64,000 nt of DNA from Mobula hypostoma (GCF_963921235.1 NC_086097.1:196666001-196730000), one strand, 5' to 3'; numbered from the stretch's first letter, positions 25,966-39,860 are shown. Translations and numbers: made by a program. Notes: a model not told the origin generated them from the sequence alone.

Positions 25966-27033
25966 CAGTCGGCCCTCCGTATCTGCGGGTTCCGCATCTG
26001 GGGGTTCAACCAACTGCGGGTCAGGATCGAAAAAAGTTCTCTCTCTTTCTTCTTATTCCCTAAACAATGCAGGGTAACAACTATTTACATAGCACTTCCA
26101 TTGTACAGGTTTCCCCCACTATCCGAAAGTAAAGTGAAGAAGCAATTACAGTACCATTAATTTATATGGGGAAAATTTTTGAGTGTTCCCAGACCCAAAA
26201 AATAACCTACCAAATCATACCAAATAACACATAAACCTAAAATAACACTAACATATAGTAAAAGCAGGAATGATATGATAAATACACATCCTATATAAAG
26301 TAGAAATAATGTATGTACCAGAATCGGGTAGACAGCGATCACACTGGAAGGTTCACGCATTTTTCTATTATACAGTTCTTTGTAAGCACTCAAAACATCC
26401 TACAAACCTGCCCTAAACCTACGTGCCCTTTCAAAATTAAAGACATACTTTTCTGCAATCATTGCAGCACTCTCAATTGTAGCAAAATTCAAAGCTATGG
26501 CGGCTTGATGCTGAGATGCTGAGTATTTGTTTTGCTGAGAGCAAAACAAATGATGAATGCTATTTTCACTTTTTACCACTCTCACTGCTCGGGATGCACG
26601 CTGCCTCTGTAAACGACTCGCTGCAAAACAACCGCTGAACACTATTTTTGCTGTTCGCCACTGTCACTGCTCAGTGCACATGCTGCCTTTATAACGGCTC
26701 ACTGCAAAACCAACGCTGAACATTATTTTCGCTTTTCAACACTCTTGCTGCTCGGGGCTCGCGGAAGAGTTATGATGGTTGCGTCTGTACACAACGTGTA
26801 CAGACTTTTTCTTGTCATTGTCTAAACAATACAGTATAACAACTATTTACACTGCATTTACATTGTACTAGGTATTATAAGTAATCTTGAGATGATTTGA
26901 AGTATACGGGAGAATGTGCGTAGGTTATATGCAAATACTATTCCATTTTACATACGGGACTTGAGCATGTGCGGAATTTGGTATCCGCGGGGGGTCCCGG
27001 AACCAAACCCCTACGGATACGGAGGGCCGACTG
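25966..27033 (-). mobile_element. Tigger/pogo MITE with C-terminal transposase-like fragment and internal ~82-bp tandem repeat
   Basis: Near-perfect TIR CAGTCGGCCCTCCGTATC, TA flanks; FNFERARRFRAGL..SAYKELYNRK on minus strand; repeat at ~26560-26758. Confidence 0.82.
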
Positions 27034-27426
27034 TATTGCAGACTCAGGGCTGATTCTTAAAAATCCAATTCTGCTGACCACAATGATTGTCCTTTAGCAC
27101 CAGTGCCGTTTCAGTACTGTTTCAGCATCAGCACTGGCTCTTCTGGAGGTGCTTCTTCAGTAGGAACATCAGACCTGGCAAACAAGACTGTAGTTTCTAA
27201 GAGATAAGCCCTCCAAAGGTTTGCATTCACTGACCCTATTCCAAGTGTGAGAGTTTTGGTAACAATGATCATAATTCCATAGGTTTTCAGATAGATATTG
27301 ACAAGAATAAGACTGGACATCAGGGTAAAGTGCTACATTGTGGAGAAGCTCATTGCAACAGTAATAGACAGGAGTCAGGGAAAGCAGATTGGGAATAGCT
27401 GATATTGGTTAAGTCCACATCATATA

Positions 27427-28776
27427 CAGTGGCTATAAAAAGTATTCACCCCCCGCCCCCCTGGAAGTTTTCATGTTTTATTGTCTTACAATGTTGAATC
27501 ACAGTGGATTTAAAAGTATTCACCCCTTCAATTCAGTATTTAGTAGATGCACCTTGAGTCCATGTGGATAACTCTCTATCAGCTTAGCATATCTGTACAC
27601 TACAGGTTTTCCCCGTTCTTTTTACAAAACTGCTCAAGCTCTGTCAGTTTGCATGGGGGATTGTGAGTGAACAGCCCTTTTCAAGTCCAGCCACGAATTC
27701 TCAATTGGATTGAGGTCTGGACTCTGACTTGGCCACTCCAGAACATTGAATTTATTGTTTTTAAGCCATTCCCCTGTAGCTTTGGCTTTATGCTTGGGGT
27801 CATTGTCTTGCTGGAAAACAAATCTTCTCCCAAGTCACAGTTCTCTTGCAGAATTTCTCCAGAATCCTCCAGGATTTCCCTATATTTTGCTGCATTCATT
27901 TTACCCTGTACCTTCACAAGCCCTCCAGGGCCTGCTACAGTGAAGGATCCTCACAGCATGATGCAGCCACCACTATGCTTCACAGTAGGGATGGTGTGCA
28001 GTGATGTGCAGTGTTAGGTTTATGCCAAACATAGCGTTTAGTCTGATGGCCAAAAAGCTCAGTTTTGATTTCATTAGATCATGGAATCTTCTTCCAGCTG
28101 ACTTCAGAGTCTCCCACATGTCTTCTGGCAAACTCTGGCCAAGATTTCATATGAGTTTTATCAACAATGGCTTTCTCTTTGCCACTCTCCCATAATGCTG
28201 CAACTGGTGAAGCACCCAAGCAACAGTTATTATGTACACAGTCTCTTCCGTCTCAGCCACCGAAGCTTGCAACTCCTTCAGAGTTGTTATAGGTCTCTTG
28301 GTAGCCTCCCTCACTAGTCCCCTTCTTGCACAGTCTCTCAAATTTTGAGGATGGCCTGCTCTACGCAGATTTATTCCTGTGCCATATTCTTTCCATTTCT
28401 TGATGATTGACTTAACCGTACTCCAGGGGATATATAGTGACTTGGAAATTTTTGCAGAGATGCTTGAAGTATTATTTCGTCTTCATGATGTAGTTTTTGC
28501 CAGGATACTAACTCACCAGTAGTTGGACCTTCCAGATACAGGTGTATTGTTATGGCAATCAAACACCTTGACTACACACAGGTCTCCAAAAACAGTTCTC
28601 CATTTATCTAATTGCGTGACTACTAAAACCAATTGGGTGTACCAGTGATGATTTGGTGAGTCCTATTGGGGGGGGGGGGAGTGAAAACTTTATGCAATCG
28701 ATTATTTTGTGTTTAATGTTTGTAATTAATTTAGATCACTTTGCAGAGATCTGTTTTCACTTTGACATGGAAGAGT
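27427..28776 (-). mobile_element. Tc1 (DD34E, IR/DR type) transposon, decayed, right TIR truncated
   Basis: [91 protein letters not shown]. Confidence 0.92.
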
Positions 28777-28779
28777 ATT

Positions 28780-30075
28780 AGTCTTTACTCTTAATAATTT
28801 CTCCTTTGGCTTCTCCCACTTCCTCCAAACTGAAGGTGTAGCTATGGGCACCCGTATGGGTCCTAGCTATGCCTGCCTTTTTGTTGGATTTGTGAAACAA
28901 TCTATGTTCCGTACCTATTCTGGTATCTGTCCCCCACTTTTCTTTCGCTACATCGACGACTGCATTGGCGCTGCTTCCTGCACGCATGCTGAGCTCGTTG
29001 ACTTTATTAACTTTGCCTCCAACTTTCACCCTGCCCTCAAGTTTACTTGGTCCATTTCCGACACCTCCCTCCCCTTTCTAGATCTTTCTGTCTCTATCTC
29101 TCGAGACAGCTTATCCACTGATGTCTACTGTAAGCCTACTGACTCTCACAGCTATCTGGACTATTTCCCTTCTCACCCTGTCTCTTGCAAAAATGCCATC
29201 CCCTTCTCACAATTCCTCCGTCTCCACTGCATCTGCTCTCAGGATGAGGCTTTTCATTCCAGGACGAGGGAGATGTCCTCCTTTTTCAAAGAAAGGGGCT
29301 TCCCTTCCTCCACCATCAACTCTGTTCTCAAACGCACCTCCCCCATTTCACGCACATCTGCTCTCACTCCGTCCTCCCGCCACCCCACTGGGAATAGGGT
29401 TCCCCTGGTCCTCACCTACCACCCCACCAGCCTCTGGGTCCAACATATTATTCTCCGTAACTTCCGCCACCTCCAACGGGATCCCACCAATAAGCACATC
29501 TTTCCCTCCCCCCCCCACCCCCCGCTTTCTGCAGGGATGGCTCCCTACACAACTCCCTTGTCCATTCGTCCCCCCCATCCCTCCCCACTGATCTCCCTCC
29601 TGGCACTTCTGGCACTTATCCTTGTAAGCGGAACAAGTGCTACACATGCCCTTACACTTCCTCCCTTACCACCATTCAGGGCCACAGTCCTTCCAGGTGA
29701 GGCGACACTTCACCTGTGAGTCAGCTGGGGTGATATACTGCGTCCGGTGCTCCCGATGTGGCCTTCTATATATTGGCGAGACCCGACGCAGACTGGGAGA
29801 CCGCTTTGCTGAACAACTATGCTCTGTCCGCCAGAGAAAGCAGGATCTCCCAGTGGCCATACATTTTAATTCCACATCCCATTCCCATTCTGACATGTCT
29901 ATCCACGGCCTCCTCTACTGTAAAGATGAAGCCACACACAGGTTGGAGGAACAACACCTTATATTCCGTATGGGTAGCCTCCAACCTGATGGCATGAACA
30001 TTGACTTCTCTAACTTCCGCTAATGCCCCACCTCCCCTCGTACCCCATCCGTTATTTATTTTTATACACACATTC
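28780..30075 (+). mobile_element. Penelope-like element (Neptune type): RT C-half, Cys linker and GIY-YIG
   Basis: GVAMGTRMGPSYACLFVG, RYIDD, LPFLD, YCKPTDSHSYL; CKRNKCYTC linker; VIYCVRCSRCGLLYIGETRRRL. Confidence 0.92.
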
Positions 30076-31003
30076 AGATTGGCAACTACATCTGCACAAA
30101 ATCGCCATCACCACAGGTGCACCACAAGGCTGTGTGCTTAGACCCCTGCTCTACTCGCTTTACACTTAAAACTGTGTTGCGAAGCACAGCTCCAAAGCCA
30201 TATTCAAGTTTGCTGACGACACCACTGTCTTTGGTCAAAGCAGATGAATCAGCATATAGGAGAGAATTTGAAAATCTGGCCAAGTGGTACCACAAAAACA
30301 ACCTTTTACTCAATGTCACCAAGACCAAGAAGCTGATGATTGACCTCAGGAGAAGCAAACAGAGGTCTGTGAGCCAGTCCTCTTTGGAAGATCGGAGGTG
30401 GAGAGAGTCAGCAACTTTAAATTCCTTGGTGTTATCATGCAGAGGATCTGTCCTGGGCCTAGCACATAACAGCAATTACGAAAAAGCACAGCAGGCCTCT
30501 ACTTCCTTAGCAGTTTGTGAGAAGTAGTGGATATGACCCAATCTATCATAGGTAAAGCTCTACCCACTACTGAAGCACATCTATACAGAGCGTTGTCGCA
30601 GCAAAGCAGCATCGATCATCAGGGACCCCCCCCCCCACCCCCCGCCACCCAGGTGATGCTCTCTTCTCACTGCTGTCATCAGGTAGTAAGTACAGGAACC
30701 TCAGGACTCACAACTTCACTCACCTCATCACCTAACTGTTCCCACAACCTATGGATTGACTTTCAAAGACTCTATATCTCATGTTCTTGGTATTTATTGT
30801 TTATTTATTACTATTTCCTTTTTTCCCTTTGATTTTGTACTTGCACAGTTTGCTGCCCTTTGCACACTGGTTGTCTGCCCTATTGGTGTGGTCTTTCTTT
30901 GATTCTATTGTGTTTCTTGTATTTACCGTGAATGTCTGCACAAAAATGAACCTCAGGGTAGTATTTGGTGACATAGATGTACTTTGATGATAATTTTACT
31001 TTG
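30076..31003 (+). mobile_element. Rex1/Babar LINE 3' part
   Basis: TGAPQGCVL; DESAYRREFENL..W...NNLLLNVTKTKKLMIDLR; same 3' tail as other Rex copies. Confidence 0.8.
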
Positions 31004-32569
31004 AGGATTTCAGCTGAGGGCAGAATATTTGATCAGCACATTAAAATGCTTGAGCTCTCATCTTGACATACCTTCTGAGGTCATGCTACATTTTTCAGCA
31101 CTGCTCCATTTATTGCTGACTGTCACTCCTAGTAAATAAGCTCAGCTGCTGTATCTTGCCAGAATCTCCATACTCTGGTCCTCAGAGGTCTCCTGCCACA
31201 CTTGCATAAAACGTTCTTCAAAGAGCATCTCCTACTTGCCGTCTGGAAACTCAGGCACTTGATTCCTCTTCTCTCGTGCCTCTCTTCCAGCCAATACTGC
31301 CAAAATGACATTTGCTACAGACATGGGTCACCACCAAAGGTTGCTTTTTGAGTGGACCCCTGATATTCTTGGTACACAACAGTATGTGGCAGCAAGTGTG
31401 TGAAAGTTAATCCTGACATATCAATACCATTCTTCCCCCCTTAAGTGGAAGCGATGCCAAGACAAAACATACCTGTGCTGTTGCACTGGAATTAAAATGG
31501 GAACATTGATCTTGCTGTATATTAGTAAGCTGGCATCAGTGAGCTGTTTGAAATGGAACTAATGTATTTCAAGAACATGTACATTGTGAATTACTTTAGA
31601 AACATATCCATTGGATGTGAACTACGACAAGGAATTAGTGCATAGAATGGTCCCACAAATAGTATCATAGCTGGAAGATAGTCTATTTAATGATAATACT
31701 TGAAGCACAGGTTCTGACACTGGAAAGCAATGCATTATGAAACTGTCACAGGAGCTTCAAGTATACCTTGGCAGTGCTTTGGTTGAATGTTTCTTCCTCA
31801 GATAGTCCATTACATCCTCAGTCTATTCAGGCATTTTGCTCCAGATTAATATTTTGAATGCTATGTACCAAGATACAACTAAATTTTCTTCAGTGAAAGA
31901 AAGCCCTCCTTTCACTGAATGTAACCAATAATGAGAAACAACTTTCCTTTATCCTCCAATCTTCTTTCATAATCATAAATAAATCTGATTGCAAAGTGCT
32001 TTTCTACCATTTAGAAGATTTCTTAAGGTAGCAAGGATTATATTTTAGCACCTTCAAACTACTATATTCAGAATATAATGTTATTCACCAAGTCCTTAGC
32101 AACACTGTTGACATCCAACTCAACCACACAACTGTACCACCTTTATGTTTTCACTCCATATGGACTTCTTTCTGCCATCAAATCAAATCAAAATGAGAGT
32201 CCTGGCAACAAAAACTGAAACCATTCTGTTCAGCTAACATTTGCATCTACCCAAACTCCTCTATATCTCTCTCCCTGGCTGCTTTTTTCAAACACGATGG
32301 TATGGAACTACAAAATTCCACGTTATCCTGAAGTTAGGCTTCTTTTCAAGATCAAAGTCTTGTTTACTGTCAAATGCACAAATACATGTATGCAGAGGTG
32401 CAATGAAAAACTTACTTGCCATCACAGATACGTAGCATCATATAAGCAGCATTCACAAGAAAAAACATTATCTAAACATCAATTATACACCATTTTTATA
32501 AGAAAATGTATATTACAATAAGGAAAAAGATGGCATGGCCCAGATGGTGGGATAAGACCATAAGACCAT

Positions 32570-33082
32570 CTTTAAGGATAGAAGTTGGACAAACTTGTTT
32601 CTTTCCTCCAGAGTGGTGGAGACTGAAGGGAGATGAGATAGAGGTTATAAGATTATGAGAGCCAGAGACAGCTAATATCTTTTTACCAGGGTTGAAATGT
32701 CTAATGCCAGAGGGCATGCATTTAAGGATAGGGGATAAGTTGAAAACAGTTTTAAGAATAGCTTTCTCCCCATCATCCACCAGAGTTCTGAACAGTCCAT
32801 GAACACTGCCTCATTATTCATCTTTTGCACTATTATTTATATCTGTAACTTACAGTAATTTTATGTCTTGTACTATGCGGCCACAACAAATTTTACGACA
32901 CTTATCTGTGATAATAGACCTGATTCTGATTCTGAAATGTGCAGGGCAAGTTATTTTTTTTTACACAGTAAGTGGTGTGTACCATAAATCAACTGCCTGG
33001 GATGGTGGAGGGGGCAAATACAATTGAGGCATTCAAGAGGCTCTGAAACAGACACAGTGCAGGAAATGGAATGATATGGATG
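32570..33082 (+). mobile_element. Old CR1 3' fragment with inserted Rex-type tail (~32750-32935)
   Basis: Degenerate LFSxExxRLKGDxIEVYKIM; CCTGATTCTGATTCTGA tail. Confidence 0.6.
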
Positions 33083-33971
33083 TAGTTCCTATAAAAAGTA
33101 CAGTAGGCCCTCCTTACCCACGGGGGACTGGTTCCGGGACCCCCCGCGGAAACCAAAAAATGAGGATGCTCAAGTCCCTTATTTAACCTGTCTCAGTGAG
33201 GTGGACTTTAGGACCTGGCAGAGCTCTGAATCCACAGTGTTTCTGCTCACGAAAATAATCACGATCATGACTGAAAACAAATTGGAAATAATAAAGCGAT
33301 CGGAAAGAGGTGAAGTGCCATCAGTCATTGGAAAAGCGTTAGGCTGCAGTCAGTCAACGATCAGAACAATTTTAAAGGAGAAAGTGAGAATAATGGAGCA
33401 TATGAAAGGTCCTGCCCCGATGAAAGCTACAATTATTACTAAGCAACGCAGTGGTTTAATTATTGAAATACATAAGTTTCTTAAGTGTTTTATATGCATA
33501 GAAAGGTAAAATATATACTAAGACAAATATTTGACTAACTGACACTAAATAATACTGGATGTACCTGTTCCGACTTACTTAGCAAAAGAACTTTTGTTTT
33601 TTTCCCGATCCCAATCCGTGGTAACCTACGCACATCCTCCCGCATACTTTAAATCATCTCTAGATTACCTAATACAATGTAAATGCTATGTAAATAATTG
33701 TTTTACTGCATTGTTTGGGGAATAATGACAAGAAGAAAAAGTCTGCTCATGCTCAAACAACAAGTGCTGGAGAGATTACTTCCGGGTTTTCCCGATCAGC
33801 GGTTGGTTGAATCCGCACATGCAGAACCCGCAGATAAGGAGGGCCGACTGTATTCACCACCCCTCCCCCAGAAACTTCCATGTTTTATTGTTTTACAACA
33901 TTGAATCACAGTGAATTTAATTTGACTTATTTGACACTGATCAACAGAAAGAGACTCTTTTGTGTCAAAGT
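33083..33971. mobile_element. Isolated Tc1 outer TIR split by a Tigger MITE
   Basis: TAGTTCCTATAAAAAGTA|MITE|TTCACC...CATGTTTTATTGTTTTACAACATTGAATCACAGTG, homologous to the TIR at 27427. Confidence 0.75.
33101..33850 (+). mobile_element. Tigger/pogo MITE with N-terminal HTH fragment
   Basis: TA-flanked TIRs; ORF 33201-33509 ENKLEIIKRSERGEVPSVIGKALGCSQSTIRTILKEK; sister of 24655-25392. Confidence 0.85.
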
Positions 33972-35564
33972 TATATTGGGGATCTTCACCAACCAGAAAT
34001 TCCACTGGAGAAGGTACAGAAACATTGTGGCTCTAAGAGTAAGTGAGAGGCCAGACATCTCTTCTGAGTGACTCACCTCTTCTCATCCCAAAACTTCACC
34101 AATATCTCTCAAACATAAATAAATAAGTGATAAAAACATTCCCCACTTTCTTGGATGAGTACAGCTCCAATGACATGCAAGCTCAATACCAGCCAAACCA
34201 AAGTTATACTATCACTACCTTAAACTAACATTCTGTCCATCAGCAATGAACAGTAACTGGATTGGACTGCCTTCCAAAGACACCTAAAATGAAAAATATA
34301 AAGAAATCCACTATTCGAGCCGTCCTAAATTGGTCCCAATTTAACAAAATAGCATTGAAACACTGTTTCAATTTTTCATACATTCCAAGTTGAACCTCAC
34401 TTTATTTTGGAAACCTTTCTCTATTTCCTTAGAGAAAGAAATAAGGATTCCATGAAACAAGATAAGTAGAAACAGATGGATTCCAGATGGATCCTTGATT
34501 CTGCTATTTCTTTGTTGTTTTTTGCACTTTGGTTATTTGCCCGTCCTTTGCATTGATTCTACTGTGTTTCTTCTATATACTGTGATTGCCGCAAGAAAAT
34601 GAATCTCAGGGATGTACATGGTGACATGTACATACTTTGATAATAAAATTTACTTTGAACTTTAACATTTTGCTTGATTGTTCTCCATTCTACCATTCCT
34701 GGAAATAGAAGAGTTCCCGAAATAGGTGAAATTCAAGGAACCATTATGATAGAAGGGTGCAAGTGGTATAGAAAGAAATGATAGAAAAGGACAAAGAAAA
34801 ATGTAGAAGTAGAAATGATGCACTCAGGTACAGTGCAGTGGTCAAAATGAGCATGCAAACATACAAAAGAATCACTTTCCACCACAATGGTGTGAAATTG
34901 AACTTACGTAACCTTAATGCTTTTTCTGGCTCTCAGGTGAGCTTCCAACCACGTATCCATTCTAATGCCGAGAAGTAATATTGCATAATTCCAGTCTTGT
35001 ATGTTTCAGAAATCTATAATCAAGTCATTACAATCTTACAGCTTGATCAATTCAATGTAAAATGGCTAATCTGTGTCATTTGATTCACCATAAAGTTCAG
35101 ATTATCCAAAGTTCTGCTGTCAAAATCTAACTAACACCAAATCCCATTAGTCTACAACTCCTATCTCTGGTACTCAACACTGGCAATAAGGGACGGGTAT
35201 AAATTTCAAAATTCTCACGCTCACTCTCCATACCCTTTCATATTTACACTCTTCTTGACTTCTATCATCTCTGATAATCCTCTAACTCTCAGGGATAACT
35301 CTGAATAACTCCTCACATTTCATTGTCCAGATCTTCATCACCTTCATTCATCCAGTGATGGAAGTTTTGTACTCAGTAGCCAACGGCCCAAGATCTTGAA
35401 ATCCCTCTGTAGGCCTACCTCCCAATTCCCCCTTCCTCTCCCAAGGTGCTCCTTCAAACCTTTTAACAAACTTTAATTCTAATGTCTTCTTGTGTGCTGT
35501 AAAATAAATTTATGGTTGATTAACTAATTGAGATCTTGAAATATTTTGCTGTGTTAATTTAAAA

Positions 35565-36731
35565 ACGCAAACAACAGGAATTCTGCAGATGCTGGAACTT
35601 CAAGCAACACACATCAAAGTTGCTGGTGAACGCAGCAGGCCAGGCAGCATCTCCAGGAAGAGGTACAGTCAACGTTTCAGGCCGAGACCCTTCGTCAGGA
35701 CTAACTGAGGGAAGAGTTAGTAAGAGATTTGAAAGTGGGAGGGGTAGGGGGGAGATCCAAAATGATAGGAGAAGACAGGAGGGGGAGGGATGGAGCCAAG
35801 AGCTGGACAGGTGATTGGCAAAAGGGATACGAGAGGATCATGGGACAGGAGGTCCGGGAAGAAAGACAAGGCGGGGGGGGGGAACCCAGAGGATGGGCAA
35901 GGGGTATAGTCAGAGGGACAGAGGGAGAAAAAGGAGAGTGAGAGAAAGAATGTGTGTATAAAAATAAATAACGGATGGGGTACGAGGGGAGGTGGGGCAT
36001 TAGCGGAAGTTAGAGAAGTCAATATTCATGCCATCAGTTGGAGGCTACCCAGACAATATAAGGTGTTGTTCCTCCAACCTGAGTGTGGCTTCATCTTTAC
36101 AGTAGAGGCCGCCGTGGATAGACATGTCAGAATGGGAATGGGATGCGGAATTAAAATGTGTGGCCACTGGGAGATCCTGCTTTCTCTGGTGGACAGAGCG
36201 TAGGTGTTCAGCAAAGTAGTCTCCCAGTCTGCATCGGGTCTCGCCAATATATAAAAGGCCACATTGGGAGCACCGGAACAACACCTTATATTCCGTCTGG
36301 GTAGACTCCAACCTGATGGCATGAACATCGACTTCTCTAACTTCCGCTAATGCCCCATCTCCCCCTTGTACCCCATCTGTTATTTATTTCTATACACACA
36401 TTCTTTCTCTCACTCTCCTTTTTCTCCCTCTGTCCCTCTGACTATACCCCTTGCCCATCCTCTGGGTTCCCCCCCGCCTTGTCTTTCTTCCCGGACCTCC
36501 TGTCCCATGATCCTCTCGTATCCCCTTTGCCTATCACCTGTCCAGCTCCTGGCTCCATCCCTCCCCCTCCTGTCTTCTCCTATCATTTTGGATCTCCCAC
36601 TTTCAAATCTCTTACCAACTCTTCCTTCAGTTAGTCACGACGAAGGGTCTCGGCCTCAAACGTCGACTGTACCTCTTCCTGGAGATGCTGCCTGGCCTGC
36701 TGCGTTCACCAGCAACTTTGATGTGTGTTGC
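35565..36731. mobile_element. Head-to-head (fold-back) Penelope-like element, 1.2 kb
   Basis: Minus arm to ~36274, plus arm ~36275-36731; duplication TTGCTGTGTTAAT at 35546-35558 and 36728-36740. Confidence 0.9.
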
Positions 36732-37366
36732 TGTGTTAATGGCATTAATTGCATGTATATTACATAAGTCTTCATCTAAGGGATAAGTAAGGTAATTAAA
36801 CCAAGAAAGACTAATACGTACTTTAGATGAAGAGGAGACATTACGATTTTTGTTTCTTGTCCACTTTACTCAGTAAACAAACACAACAATCTCAAATCAG
36901 CTTGAAAAGTAAATCATTAATTTAATTTATGCTGAACAACCAGCTAAATATATTGGGTGAAGCCATCTCTGTGCAGATTTGAGCCATCCACACCCAACTT
37001 CCTGAGAGCTAAAAAGATGAACCTATAACCAATTTGCATTTTCATCCTCATCTGCTCCTAAAAACAATCAAAATAGAGTCATAAATGCCCAGAAATAACA
37101 TATTCTTACCAGCTACACTCTATGATGCTTTTGGCTTCCTGAAATCTTCTGATGCCTTCTTGAAGGAGTTAAAAGAAATAGTCTCCCCCATGACTTCTGG
37201 ACCTTGTTCCATAAATCAATCATCTTGTGAAAAATAAAACTTCCAAAGGGCAGCAGATTCCCAACTGATAATTTTGCCCGGTAAATCTAAGTTACCCTAT
37301 CACATCAATGTCACCAGTTTTCACTAATGCCCACATCCATATTAATCTTAAATTCCTGAACCATTT

Positions 37367-39860
37367 CCATAAGACCATAAGACAAAGGAGCAGAAGTCAG
37401 CCATTCGGCCCATCGAGTCTGCTCCACCATTTTATCATGAGCTGATCCATTCTCCCATTTAGTTCCACTCCCCCGCCTTTCACCATAATCTTTGATGCCC
37501 TGGCTACTCAGATACCTATCAATCTCTGCCTTAAATACACCCAATGACTTGGCCTCCACTGCTGCCCATGGCAACAAATTCCATAGATTCACCACCCTCT
37601 GGCTAAAAAAATTTCTTCACATTTCTCTTCTGAATGGGCGCCCTTCAATCCTTAAGTCATACCCTCTCATACTAGACTCCCCCATCATGGGAAACAACTT
37701 TGCCACATCCACTCTGTCCATGCCTTTCAACATTCAAAATGTTTCTATAAGGTCTCCCCTCATTCTTCGAAACTCCAAGGAATACAGTCCAAGAGCAGAC
37801 AAACGTTTCTCATATGTTAACACTCTCATTCCCGGAATCATTCTAGTGAATCTTCTCTGTACCCACTCCAACGTCAGCACATCCTTTCTTAAATGAGGAA
37901 ACCAAAACTGCCCACAGTACTCCAAGTGAGGTCTCACCAGTGCCTTATAGAGCCTCAACATCACATCCCTGCTGCTTTACTCTATTTCTCTAGAAATGAA
38001 TGCCAACATTGCATTCGCCTTCTTCACTACTGACTCAACCTGGAGGTTAACTTTAAGGGCATCCTGTACGAGGACTCCCAAGTCCCGTTGCATCTCAGAA
38101 CTTTGAATTCTTTCCCCATTTAAATAATAGTCTGCCCGTTTATTTTTTCTGCCAAAGTGCATAACCATACAACTTCCAACATTGTACTTCATTTGCCACT
38201 TCTCTGCCCATTCTTCCAATCTATCCAAGTCTCTCTGCAGACTCTCCGTTTCCTCAGCACTACCGGCCCCTCCACCTATCTTCGTATCGTCAGCAAACTT
38301 AGCCATAAAACAATCTATTTCATAATCCAAATCATTGTTTGTGTATTTCATAATCCAAATCGTTGATGTACAAAGTAAAAAGAAGCGGCCCCAACACGGA
38401 CCCCTGTGGAACACCACTGGTAACCGGCAGTCAACCAGAATAGGATCCCTTTATTCCCACTCTCTGTTTCCTGCCAATCAGCCAACACTCTATCCACGTA
38501 TGTAACTTTCCCGTAATTCCATGGGCTCTTATCTTGTTAAGTAGCCTCATGTGTGGCACCTTGTCAAAGGCCTTCTGAAAATCCAAATATACAACATCCA
38601 CTGCATCTCCCTTGTCTCGCCTACTGGTAATTTCCTCAAAAAATTGTAATAGGTTTGTCAGGCAGGATTTTCCTTTAAGGGATCCATGCTGAGTTCTGCC
38701 TATCTTGTCATATGCTTCCAGGTACTCTGTAACCTCATCCTTGACAATCGACTCCAACAACTTCCCAACCACCAACGTCAAGCTAACAGGTCTATAATTT
38801 CCTTTTTGCTTCCTTGCCCCCTTCTTAAATAGCAGAGTGACACTTGCAATCTTCCAGTCCTCCAGAACCATGCCAGAATCTATCGACTTTTGAAAGATCA
38901 TCGCTAATGCCTCCGCAATCTCCACAGCTACTTCCTTCAGAACACACAGGTGCATTCCATCTGGTCCGGGTGACTTATCTACCTTTAGACTATTCAGCTT
39001 CCTGAGTACTTTCTCTGCCGTAATTGTGACTGCACACACTTCTCTTCCCTGCCACCCTTGAGTGTCCAGTATACTGCTGATGTCTTCCTCAGTGAAGTTT
39101 GATGCAAAATACTCGTTCAGTTCCTCTGCCATCTCCTTATCTCCCATTACAATTTCTCCAGCATCATTTTCTACCGGTCCTATATTTGCTCTCACCTGTC
39201 TTTTATTCTTTATATACTTGAAAAAGCTTTTAGTATCCTCTTTGATATTATTTGCTAGTTTCCTTTCATAGTTAATCTTTTCTCTCTTAATGACCTTCTT
39301 AGTTTCCTTTTGTAAGGTTTTAAAAACTTCCCAATCCTCTGTCTTCCCACTAATTTTTGCTTCCTTATTTGCCCTCTCCTTTGCTTTAACTTTGGCTTTG
39401 ACTTCTCTTGTCAACCACGGTTGCATCCTTTTTCCATTCGAAAATTTCTTCTTTTCTGGAATATACCTGTCTTGCACCTTCCTCACTTTTCGCATAAGCT
39501 CTAGCCACTGCTGCTCTGCTGTCTTTCCTGCCAGTGTCCCTTTCCAGTCAACTTTGGCCAGTTCCTCTCTCATGCCACTGTAATTTCCTTTACTCCACTG
39601 AAATACCGACACATCAGATTTCGGCTTCTCTTTTTCAAATGTCACAGTGAACTCAATCATGTTATGATCACTGCCTCCTAAGGGTTCCTTCACCTCAATC
39701 TCTCTAATCACCTCCGGTTCATTGCACAATACCCAATCCAGTACAGCTGATCCTCTAGTGGGCTCAACAACAAGCTGTTCTAAAAAGCCATCTCGCAGAC
39801 ATTCTACAAATTCTCTCTCTCGAGATTCAGTGCCGACCTGATTTTCCCAATCCACTCGCA
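37367..39860 (-). mobile_element. CR1 LINE, 5'-truncated, relatively young
   Basis: 486-aa ORF 38431-39891 (SDHNMI, KSPGPDG, NYRPVSLT, YLDFQKAFDKVPH), then KFADDTK and LVRPHLEYC; (TCTTATGG)n tail. Confidence 0.95.

Noticed and set aside
37105..37260. Minus-strand exon candidate ending in GTAAG
   Set aside because: Looks like an ancient CR1 3' remnant; no convincing ORF
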